A stretch of 64,000 nucleotides of DNA, from positions 1 through 64,000 of the IMG/VR virus record IMGVR_UViG_3300042673_001922; one strand, given 5' to 3'. Every line of letters begins with the position of its first letter. Positions within the stretch are counted from its first letter, which is position 1. Below the pieces are notes generated by a model. The model had not been told where the DNA came from and searched no databases. It was given only the letters and a program-made list of their open reading frames with translations. Of this stretch, positions 10,877 through 21,373 are shown piece after piece. The position numbers and the translations under genes were made by a program. Source of the DNA: an uncultured virus (IMG/VR IMGVR_UViG_3300042673_001922) (taxonomy: Duplodnaviria; Heunggongvirae; Uroviricota; Caudoviricetes).

Positions 10877-11566
10877 ATGCCTGGAGGCGAGTACTACGAT
10901 TCACCGGTTAATAAATACCTTAACACTTACACCACCTTCTCTGGTGCAGATATAGTTGCTACTTTCGGCGGCAAAGAGATTGGTGCACTTTCGGGTATTA
11001 CATTCTCAGTCACAAGAGAAAAAGCACCTATTTACACAATGGGTTCACCAAACCCAAGATCATTCTCAAGAGGAAAAAGAGGCATTGCTGGCTCTTTAAT
11101 CTTCACTGTTTTTGATCGCCCAGCTCTATACCAAATGCTTGAAACACATCACGGTACTTCTCAGGAAATGAGATACTGGACAAGATCAAGCAACACACTT
11201 CCTGGTGATCCAAATCACAGAAGAGGAATTGCAGAGCATGACGATCAGGCCAGAGATGTTGTCAGCAAAGTTCCATATTACGCAGACCAAATCCCACCAT
11301 TTGATATCACAGTCACCTTTGTCAACGAATATGGCCAAGGCGCAGTAAGATCAATCTACGGTGTAGAGCTTTTGAATGAAGGCTCAGGGGCTTCAATGGA
11401 TGACATCGTCATTGAAGAAACCATGACCTACGTTGCCCGTGAAATCGGACCAATGTATACCATTTCAAACAGTCAGCTTACAAGATTTGGCGGAAGCCTT
11501 TCTGATATAATTTCAAAAGATGCTGTAACTTCCAGCGGTCTTAATTCTGAAATTATCAGACCTTAA
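10877..11566 (+). CDS. Major tail tube protein
   Basis: SGADIVATF...ITFSVTREKAPIYTMG...RGKRGIAGSLIFTVFD...PPFDIT...SMDDIVIEETMTYVAR. Strong AGGAGG RBS, downstream of the sheath gene, followed by a terminator. Confidence 0.75.
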   Translation: MPGGEYYDSPVNKYLNTYTTFSGADIVATFGGKEIGALSGITFSVTREKAPIYTMGSPNPRSFSRGKRGIAGSLIFTVFDRPALYQMLETHHGTSQEMRYWTRSSNTLPGDPNHRRGIAEHDDQARDVVSKVPYYADQIPPFDITVTFVNEYGQGAVRSIYGVELLNEGSGASMDDIVIEETMTYVAREIGPMYTISNSQLTRFGGSLSDIISKDAVTSSGLNSEIIRP

Positions 11567-11589
11567 TATTTAAAAACGTTAATTAAAAG

Positions 11590-11628
11590 CGTGGAGGATG
11601 ACTTTGTTGTCCTCCACGTTTTTATTTT
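11590..11628 (+). terminator. Rho-independent terminator after the tube gene
   Basis: CGTGGAGGATGAC-ttt-GTTGTCCTCCACG hairpin followed by TTTTTATTTT. Confidence 0.85.
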
Positions 11629-11637
11629 AGGAGTAAC

Positions 11638-12366
11638 ATGTATAAAGACATTGAACAGTTAAAGATACAAAAAAGACAACTTTTAGATTACACTAATCAA
11701 GTAGAATCTACCAGGAGAGAAAAAGGTTTACCTGATCCATTCTCCAATATGTCTTTTGCTGGAGTCGACATCCAGGCAACAATGGTATTACCAAAAATTG
11801 GAGCCAATACATCAAGTGATGATGGAGATTTTATTGAACTTGCAGAGTTGCAAACAATATCATATTCTATACACAGAGAAAACAGTCCAGTAAGAACCTT
11901 GGGTCATGTGAATCCAAGAGGATTTGTAAAAGGATCAAGAACAATAGCTGGATCTTTGATCTTTACAGTATTCAACGAATATGCTTTCTATAGAATTAAA
12001 CAGTTCCAAAGAGCTATTGCAGAAAATAATTACTCGCCATTGGCAGACATGCTTCCGCCTTTTGATGTTGTGTTAACTTTTTTTAATGAATATGGCTTAG
12101 CTGCTAAAATGAAACTATTCGGAATTACTATAGTAGACGAAGGTCAAACAATGTCTATAGATGACTTAATTACGGAACAGACATATACTTACATGGCAAG
12201 AGGAATACAGCCACTAATGCACCTTGATGCAACTGAGTCTAGGAATTTGTATTCTGATAATAAAGACGGTAGGGAAAGACAGGCTTATGATCTTCAGGGG
12301 TCTACTAATTTTTTTGGTGATAGAATAGAACTATACAAAAATTTTATTAACACAAGGATTCAATAA
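11638..12366 (+). CDS. Tail tube-like paralogue 2
   Basis: SFAGVDI...ISYSIHRENSPVRTLG...KGSRTIAGSLIFTVFN...PPFDV...MSIDDLITEQTYTYMAR aligns by eye with the tube gene. Confidence 0.75.
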   Translation: MYKDIEQLKIQKRQLLDYTNQVESTRREKGLPDPFSNMSFAGVDIQATMVLPKIGANTSSDDGDFIELAELQTISYSIHRENSPVRTLGHVNPRGFVKGSRTIAGSLIFTVFNEYAFYRIKQFQRAIAENNYSPLADMLPPFDVVLTFFNEYGLAAKMKLFGITIVDEGQTMSIDDLITEQTYTYMARGIQPLMHLDATESRNLYSDNKDGRERQAYDLQGSTNFFGDRIELYKNFINTRIQ

Positions 12367-13415
12367 TGGCAGAAAGATCTACCCAAAGAAACCCATATAG
12401 GCCCTTCACTGCCTATATGCCTAATAACTTAAAAACTGGAGATAAAGACGGAAGAGATTTCTTTGACCCGTTAAATAAAGCCATAGATCTAGAGTGGGGC
12501 GGAACAAGAGAAGATCAAAAATTTAATAATTATTATGATTATTTTTTCTCTGGTGAAGATGTAAAAGTTTATATTGATGGACTGTTTGATGATTCAGATG
12601 AAATGGATATTGCAGCTCTAGGATATGTCGTAAAACAAGAGAAGCAACCGTTATATGGCTTTTGGTCATATAACTATGATGCAATGATGCTTGGAACTAG
12701 ACTGATCACTGGTGAGCTATCTATATACTCTAGATATCCTAGAAGAATGACTGAGATGCTAGAAAAAGCTGCTAAGGTAAGAACCGAAAGCTCTAGTGCA
12801 AATCCTTCTAGATCTGTAATTTCTACTCTTGGGGTCGATGCTGCAAGAAAAGATGATGAACTAAATATTGAAAAATATTGGCTTAACTCTGAATTAGATA
12901 GAATAACTGCAGATCCAATGATGAATACATTGGTCGACATGGCTGATCCAAATCACAATATCTTTAGTGCTCATCCACCATTTAACTTAGTAATATTTTA
13001 TGGAATAGAAGAAAGTGGAATAACAAATTCTTCTATTGTTACTTATGATTCTAGCAATGAAATTAATAGACAATTAAATTCAGATAGAATTATGGCAACA
13101 GATACCAATGAAAGAAAAACTTTCACCAGTATAAATAGTCCTATGAGAATTGTTTTACAAAATGTAAACTTAGTTGCCATGTCCACATCATACACAAGTG
13201 GAGGTCAGCCATTGGTTGAAAATTACCAATTTATTGCAAGAGACTTCTATTTTACAAGTGCAAAAATTGGAGACAAGCCCCTCGCCCAGCAGAGAGCAAC
13301 AGTGCCTAGCAACTCTGAATCAGAGCAAGCTAAATCTAGTGGTAAAGCTACCACTAAGACTGAAACAATTACGACTGGAACCAAAAGCGCTTCTCGCATT
13401 GCTTCTGAGTTATAA
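12366..13415 (+). CDS. Tail tube-like paralogue 3
   Basis: FSGEDVKVYI...KQEKQPLYG...GTRLITGEL...PPFNL...ENYQFIARD keeps the same motif order as the tube proteins. Confidence 0.6.
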   Translation: MAERSTQRNPYRPFTAYMPNNLKTGDKDGRDFFDPLNKAIDLEWGGTREDQKFNNYYDYFFSGEDVKVYIDGLFDDSDEMDIAALGYVVKQEKQPLYGFWSYNYDAMMLGTRLITGELSIYSRYPRRMTEMLEKAAKVRTESSSANPSRSVISTLGVDAARKDDELNIEKYWLNSELDRITADPMMNTLVDMADPNHNIFSAHPPFNLVIFYGIEESGITNSSIVTYDSSNEINRQLNSDRIMATDTNERKTFTSINSPMRIVLQNVNLVAMSTSYTSGGQPLVENYQFIARDFYFTSAKIGDKPLAQQRATVPSNSESEQAKSSGKATTKTETITTGTKSASRIASEL

Positions 13416-13495
13416 TAAAATATTATTTATTTTGTTTATGTTTTAAATTATGATATATTGTATATTGACAAGTCCATGCGCAAAAGGAGTAACTA

Positions 13496-14029
13496 ATGTC
13501 AAATGAAAAAAAGGTAGTTATCACTACAGATGAGGCTACGAGAGATGAATACGGTTTTGATGATTACAAGATCATGTCTACTGAAGATGCAGATCAAGAG
13601 TATGTAGGCGAAAATGTAACAGAAGAATCTAATGACGATAATGCTTCGATGAAAGTCGAAGACTTAGATGATAATGAAGAGATATGGGAAGGCGGACCCA
13701 ATGCTGGTCAGATCAAGAATTGGAAAAGCCTTCATGGAGATGTATACGTAACTTCAATCACATATGATAAACATATTGTATGGAGAACTCTTACAAGAAA
13801 TGAATACAAGCAGCTAGTAAAAAAGATGGAGCAGCTTGTTCAAGCTGGTCAGCTTTCTTCAGCAGAAGCCAACCTTTGGAACGAAGAAGCCATTACCGAA
13901 ATATGCTTGTTATTCCCAGCCTATGACAGAATGGCTCTCTCAAATGAAATGGCAGGTTTGCCATCTCTTCTTTCTCAAGAAATCTTAGAAGCATCAGGCT
14001 TCGTTGCTCTTGAGGTTCGTCAGTTATAA
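13496..14029 (+). CDS. Tail assembly chaperone-like protein 1
   Basis: Lies between tube and tape-measure genes; WKSLHGDVY...VWRTLTRNEYK...LSQEILEASGF. Confidence 0.6.
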   Translation: MSNEKKVVITTDEATRDEYGFDDYKIMSTEDADQEYVGENVTEESNDDNASMKVEDLDDNEEIWEGGPNAGQIKNWKSLHGDVYVTSITYDKHIVWRTLTRNEYKQLVKKMEQLVQAGQLSSAEANLWNEEAITEICLLFPAYDRMALSNEMAGLPSLLSQEILEASGFVALEVRQL

Positions 14030-14659
14030 ATGATAGATCCTGAAGTTCTCATAGAACTTAAGCAGAAGTATGGTCCCCTTTTTGCAATTAGCATTAAGGG
14101 GATCGACCTGCTTTTCAGGGAGCTAACATTTAAAGAGTTCGATGACATAATAAAAATTCAAGATGGTGGATATTTTTCTTCAGCGGATTCAGAAGATAAA
14201 ATTTTAGAGGCAACTCTTGTTTACCCAGATCTAAAAGCTCTTGATAGAATTCCAGCTGGCGCAGTATCAAGTCTTTCTCAAGAAATATTAGATGCATCTG
14301 GCTTTGCCTCAGCTAAAACAGCTAAAAGAATCTTAGACGAAAAAAGATCTAATGCTGGCGAAGTAAGAACTTTAATGAAAGCTTTTGTTCTAGCTACTAT
14401 ACATTCATACTCTCCAGAAGATCTGGATAATATGACTTTTTCTCAGTTAGCAGATAAAGTCGCTTTAGCAGAAAAAATTATAGAAGTAACTCAGACAATG
14501 AATGGAATCCAGCCATCAGATATGAGGCTTGATCTGATAGATCCAGAAGAAGAAGCTGAAAGAGAAAAACAAAAAGCAGCAAATTACAATTCTTTAAAGA
14601 AACAAGGCGAAGCTGTTTACGAAGATCCTGTGGCGAAAAAATTATGGGGATCAATTTAA
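14030..14659 (+). CDS. Tail assembly chaperone-like protein 2 (paralogue of the upstream gene)
   Basis: LKQKYGPLF...LFRELTFKEFD...LSQEILDASGF. Confidence 0.6.
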   Translation: MIDPEVLIELKQKYGPLFAISIKGIDLLFRELTFKEFDDIIKIQDGGYFSSADSEDKILEATLVYPDLKALDRIPAGAVSSLSQEILDASGFASAKTAKRILDEKRSNAGEVRTLMKAFVLATIHSYSPEDLDNMTFSQLADKVALAEKIIEVTQTMNGIQPSDMRLDLIDPEEEAEREKQKAANYNSLKKQGEAVYEDPVAKKLWGSI

Positions 14660-14672
14660 TCAGGAGGATTAA

Positions 14673-17600
14673 ATGTTTAGGGACAAAGGACCTATTCAAA
14701 ATATAGGATACGGCGTCTCATCAAGAGACATGCCTTCCAAAGAAGGGGAAACAGAAACTCCTAGTCCTAATTCTGGTTATATAGCAAAAGCTTTAGATCA
14801 ACACCCAATAATGAGATTCTTGGGAGCAGCAGCAACTACGATGGTTGCTACTACAATAGCCTCAAGAGTATCAAGAGGGGCTGGACTTAGACTTGGTCAA
14901 TCTCTGCAGTCAGCTTCAGATAAAGCTGTAGGGGCAGGAAGAACTAATGCCACTTCAACAAGGCTTGTTAAATCTGTTAGGGATCTACGTGAAGCTTTTG
15001 ATGAGCTAGGTGGGGTATCTAGAACTATAGATGGCGTTGATGACCCGTATTCAAAAGTAGTTCATGAAGTAGATGGAAAACTTACTACTGGTTATGACCC
15101 TAAGCTTTCTGGAAGATACTTTAGAAGACCAATAAGCGCAGATGGCAGAAGAACAACTGCCAGGGGAAGAACTTCTGAGTCAGCTGAAGTATGGACGCTC
15201 AGAGATGACATACAGACCAGAATGGTTAGTCTAGCAAGAAGACTACCATACGAACTTCCAGCAATGTATGCTACTCAGAGGGCTGTAATAGATCCTTTAT
15301 TTGGCGAAGATCAAGACAAACCAAGACTTAAGTGGTACAACCCAGCAGACGTAATAACAGATTTTGTTAAGCAGTCAACAATAAACCTAACAACAATGAT
15401 GCTGCCCTTTGAGGCAATAGGTGCTGCTGGTGCTGCTGGTAGAAGTTCTTTAACGACTTTTGCTGCTTCAATGGAAGACCTCAGGGCTCTATCCCCACTG
15501 CAAAGAAAAGCTGCAAATACAGCAATTGATCTAAAGTCCCTACTTGCAGAAGTTGGACAAGATATATCCAACATAACAGGTAAGGCACTAAAGCTATCCT
15601 CACAAACATCTGGAGCTTTTGCTGCTGGTATTGGAGAAGTAAAAAATTCACAACCAGAATTTGTTCAAGCTCTAAAGGCAGCTAGACATGGTGCTTCAGT
15701 AGCAGCTCAAGAAGCATATAATAAAAATCCAAAAAATAGACTAAAAATTCATACAGCAAGAGCTAAAGGTTTTTTTACTGGAGAATCAGATGATGGACTT
15801 GGCATTCTCGATACAATGCCAGGTTTTAAGGGTTTTAGATCTGGATCAGTAGTAGCAAAAAATCAATTTAAAGCTCTAGGAGTTGCTCATGATGTTGTAT
15901 CTGGCAGGCTTTCGGAACAGGCTGCACTTGGTCAAATAGTTCAAAAGTTTGGATATTCTTCTAGAGGGGCCCTTGATGACGCTTTATCTAATAACGCTCT
16001 AAATTTAAAACTTAGAGGGTTAGATGCTACTAGCGCAGAAAGCCTTTTGCAAAAGTCTATTAATGCTGTTCAATCACAACATTCAAGTAAGTTAAGCAAG
16101 CTTGCACAAAGTTACCACACTCTAGGTAGGGGTGGCCCAGGGGACTTAACAACTGGAGGCTATTCAAATGAAGCCTTTAGGGGAAGCGATTTTTACAAAG
16201 GCCAATTAGAGGATGAATATAAAAATCAATTAGCTAGACATTTAATTAAAGAAAAAGGAGTAAACGAAACTCTTGCGGATAGATTTGTTGCCAACATAAG
16301 CATCAATACACTGCCTTCAAGAAGAAATGTTTCTAATATCACGAATAGAATAACACTAGGTAGAAAATCTACATTCACCGATGATGCAGTAGATGGCGGA
16401 GATTCAGCTTCTAGTTTCTTTGATGATATTTTAGAAAAGTTTAGAACTGTTAAGGGTGGAAGAGATTTTCAAGAAGCATTAGGAAGCCGGAAATGCTTTA
16501 GCTGACTCTATAAGAGAAATAGATTCTATGTTTCTTAGTGAGGAGTTTAGAAAGAGCCTAACGCAGAAAATAGCATCTAATTGGAATCAAGTTAGATCTA
16601 GCTATTTACCCCAAGCTGCATCTCAAACCTTAAAACCATCTAAGCAAAATTATCTTGATTTTATTGGAAATATTTCTGAAGGAAAACAATCTTTTCTTAC
16701 TAGAAAAACTGCACAAACTCTTGGGATCAAATTAACTGACTCAACCGGTAAGTCAATATCAACAAGCGTACTAAGATCCGACATCGCCAAAAAAGGAATA
16801 GACCCAACTGACTTTGGGTACATGAGAGATTTTCTTCTCAATCAAAGAAAATTGTCAACAGGATTCTTTGGTGGTCAATCTAATATTCTTGGACTAAGGC
16901 CAGTATTAGTTGATGATGCTCTTGAAAGAGGAGTTTTTAAATATCTTCCAGAAGAGCAACAAGCTTCAATTAGACAAATAGCTTCTGCTCAAGCAGCATT
17001 TGATCCAGTAACTGGGGGTCTTGGTTCGGCCACTCAAACAATGGGTCAAAGTGCAATTAGAGGAATGTATAAAACTAGGTCTGGAGAAATACTAGATTTT
17101 ACGCAAGTTGCCAATGTTTTAACTAGGGCAAAAGATTTTATAGCTTCTGATTTTAAAATACCTATTGTTGGATTTAACCCAGCTGACATGCTAGGTGCGA
17201 GATCTCTTGCTGATGCAAGAAATTCTCCAATGCTGCAGTATGTAAGCTCAAGATCAGTTCAGCCATTTGTCCCTCAGGGCCAATCTAGGCCAGACTTTTT
17301 TCTCTTAAATAAGAACAAAGGAACAAGAGGAACTCTTACAGAATTTGGTGGAGCTTTTGGTGATAGAAGAATAAAAGACTTAGCTGGTCTTTATAGGCCA
17401 ATTCCTTCTTCTAGTACGGAAATATTTAGCCGTGAAGCTAGAAATGCAACAGGGATGACTGGTGAAAGAGTTGATGAAGTCGGTGGTCAAGTAAGCAAAT
17501 TTTCTAGGTTTAAAAAAGCATTTGATATAGATGCGGAACAACCTAACTCTTTATTTAGGCTTGGTAGAAGATTTAGAGATAGAGCTTCTGACATTAACAA

Positions 17601-20600
17601 TAATAGAGTAATTTCACAAATTATTTCTTCTCAAGATCAAAGTCTTTCTTATGGTAGAGGAGCTAAACAGTCAAAACTTACTCTTGATAAAAATTCTTTA
17701 AATATTACTGACGAACTTGGAAATGTAAAATATAACCAATCTGAGGTATTAAAAGCTGTTGAATCATTTAGAAAAAATACATTCAAGTTTAATATAAATC
17801 AAAAGATAATGAAAAAACTTGAAGATGATGTACCTGGTTTATTTACATCAGCTGGAGTAAAAGCAAGTTCTATAGCTAGTCGTGGAGACATTAGACAGTC
17901 AGTAAAGTCTTTGAAGCTTGATGAATCAACAACTATATCAACCTTAAATCGTCAAGGTGTTGACACAAAAGGGCTTCAAGGATCTTTTTCTAGAATTGAA
18001 AAATATCTTGACTCAGATGTAACTAATATTGATCAAGCAAAAAATGAGATATTTAGATACATAGCTCAAAAAAATGAAATGCTAAGACAGGTAGCGCCTG
18101 CAGCATCTAAAACAACTCATGGCACTGAAGACATATTCACTCAAATATCTAAAATTACTAGGCAGTTGCAATCAGAGGGTAAAATAGGTATAGACGCTGC
18201 AGTTGAAGCAAGAGCTTATGGTATATCTACCTTGTTCAACTTTTCTGCATTTACAAGCTTTGCTGGAGAGAAAACAGCAACACAGAATGCAGCTAGCGCA
18301 TTAAGAAAGGTGCTAAACCTTTCTGAGAATAATGAAGAAATAAGATCATTATTTAATGTATTCAATAAGGGTCAAGTGTCTATGGTTGATACTTCGATTA
18401 GAAGACCTCTTTCAAGAGCTCTTCCATCTTTAAGTAGTAAGTTTGGAACTGCACCTTATGAACTAAATGACATGTCAGTTAACCTTTTGGGTTCTGGGCA
18501 AAAGTACACAATGCTTCCAACTTTTGGAACAGTCTTTTCAAGAGATCCACTTGGAGCAACAAAAAGTGCATTAGGATTTGGAACCTACAAGAATCCAGAA
18601 ACCTTCTCAAGTGGTTCTATTCCAATGTCTCATATGTTTGGAAGGCTTAATAAGTATTTCGGAACATTCGGCATGCAACTCGACCAAAGCAAATATGGTG
18701 GTCCAGTAGATCTTTACATGCGTGGAATGATTGGAAAAAGAGCTCTTCCAATTACTGCTGTTGGAGCAACGGCATTAGCTGTAGATAGAACTATAGGTGG
18801 AGCAGTAAACGAAAGAGATGAAAAAGGCAACAGGGTTTACTCTCCGTTCTTCACCACAAAGGCTGCTAGAATCGCCGTAGAGGGCCAATCAATCGGTGCA
18901 GGCCTAATACCAGGGGGAATGTCGTACGAAGAGAAAAAAGAGCAATTACTTGAAGGCGAAGTTCCAATTAGACAAGGAAGATATTGGCCACTTGGAACTA
19001 CTCCATTTCAGGGTGGAAAAGTACTCTACTATAGACCTTCTTATTATAGAAAATTAGCCGAAGGAAGTGCATATACTCCGGAATCTGCATTTGAAAGTCC
19101 GATAGAAAAACTGGCTTTTGGTTATGACTTTTCTCCACTTAGACCTCTTGATCCATATAGATTTGAAAGAGAAAATTATTCTGATAGACCTTATCCTGTA
19201 ACTGGAGAATACTTTACTGGGCCATTTGGTCCAGCTACATCTGTTGCAAATCTTACAATAGGAAGATTATTAAAACCACAAGTTCAGATGCATGAAAGAG
19301 AAACTAATGCTGCTTTAGCTAACTATGTTCCAGCAGGAGAAAGAGGTGCATATAATGCTGCTGGGTTATTAACTTCAGGAAAAGTAACAGCGTTAAACGC
19401 TCCAGCATCACAGGGTTCCTACACATTATCAATGCAGGCGTCTGGGGGTTTTGCATATGGTGGAAATGATGACATAGGGCAAATTAACGCAAGAATGGTT
19501 GACGCAGCAGGGCCAACTGCAACTGCATCAAGAGCTGTTCTTGGTCAAATAGGCGCTTATAACCAGCAATTAAGAAGTGGAATTTCTTATGGTCCTCCAA
19601 AGGTATCAGGAATTATTCCTCCAAATATTATTCCTGTTGGTGAACCCATATCCTATGGGTCAACTCAGTTTCAAGCAAGCGAGCTAGGTTATAGACTTCA
19701 AGAAACAGCTGGTATCTATGGATTTGCATTTGGATCTCTTAGAGAGGGCCTTGGTTTTGGAAATCAAGATATGTCTCCTCAAGTATCTGTACTTCAATCA
19801 GCCTCTAAAGGGTACGGTACTACTAGAGCTTTTTGGGATTTGAACCTTGGTGGTTTAGGCGACCTTCCAACTGCTGGCGAAGGGCCAATGGGTAATATTG
19901 AAATTTCTGAAATAGTTAGAAGATTCATACCAAAAGAAAGAAATGACGTTACCTACTTAAACCCAATTAAAAATACAATGGGTCAACAATATCCTTTCCT
20001 TCCAGGCGCAGATTATTTTACTGACTTTACTAGAGGTGACCCATACACTAAGGTTCAAGAGGGTGAAATAAGACTTCCTGGAACAGGCTATGAAAGATTT
20101 AATACTTTATATGGAGATGAAACAGGAAGGTATGGTAAGGTAAATCAGTTAGACATATTAGCCGATGTTGCGCCTTATTCAACTCAATTTAGATCTTTAA
20201 ATAGAACTATAAAAATGGGTGATTTATCTCCGGCAGAAAGAATAAAAGTTGACGAGATAAGAGGACAGGTAGAAGACACAACTACCAAGTATCAATTCAG
20301 TCCTTATAAGTATAAGGGTACAACTCCAGAAGAAATGGGGATGAATCCCGCTCTACACACTCTAAGTAGAGCTGGCGAATATCTAGCTCATAGAGATACT
20401 TTTTTTAATACTAAATTTTTACAAAAAAGAACTGCAGTAGAAGATTGGGAGAGAAAAAATGTTTATGGAGCAACTTTCCCAGAATGGCAAAGGCCATATG
20501 AAAGTTTTATAGAACCACTATTGAATAGAGCTTCTCAAAGAGATCCAATTACCGCTACGTTGGCCACTGCTGCTGCAGGATCTTTTTTTGGTAGAACTGC

Positions 20601-21372
20601 ACCAGGAAAAACTGTTGGATCAATCGTTGGTGGAATGGCTGGTTTTGCAGCATCAGCAAAAGGTAATATAACTGAAGCGTTGACTGGTCAAAGAGTAATG
20701 CCAGAAGCAAGAGTGAAAGAAATAGCCCTAGAAGAATATATTGACATATTAGGGTATGTTAAAAATACAAGTTTGGCCTCAAAGTACCAAGCATCGGGAG
20801 ACTCAGCTTCTGCTGCTACGTTTCAGTCTGCAGCAAAAAGAACAATGTATGGTGCTAGTTTAGAAAATTTTTCTGTTGAAAATATATCATTAGCTGTTCC
20901 AAAAAGAAAAAGAGAACACTTTAAAGCAATGGTTCAAGAAACTGATCCAGAGCAAAGAGACAGAATACTTTCTACAGCAGGAAGATTAGAGAGAAGAATC
21001 TATCAAACTGCATGGGGTATGAAGGTAGAAGAAAAACCAGATTTAGCTGAATATTTTAGTAGGCATGAACTTCCAGATCAACATTGGGAAGGCTGGCATC
21101 CAAATACTAATTTAGAACATGTTAAAATTAAAATGGGTCAGCAGATGGGTCTTGAAATGTCACAAATGGGTTACTATCCACAACAGATAAAAGAAGCTGA
21201 TCTTACTAATCCTTCATATCCATCATTTCTTCAAAACACAAAAGAAGAAGATGTTGGAGCAGAATTAAGAGCAATGATGTCAAGAATGGGTGTTTCAGGA
21301 AGCGTGAACGCAAATAGAAATCCATACGGATCAAGCGAAGTAAATATCTTTTCAAACCTTAGGTTAGTATAA
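14673..21372 (+). CDS. Tape-measure-like large virion protein (about 2232 aa), joined across a +1 shift at C16488
   Basis: ORFs 14673..16505 and 16528..21372 join as QEALGS-[c]-GNALADSIREIDSMFL. The product is Ala/Gly/Ser-rich with hydrophobic segments and follows the chaperone genes. Confidence 0.65.
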
Positions 21373-21373
21373 T

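Noticed and set aside
13416..13495. Sigma70-like promoter before the chaperone genes
   Set aside because: The gap is AT-rich with TTGACA and TATATT-like words, but their order and spacing do not fit a canonical + strand promoter.
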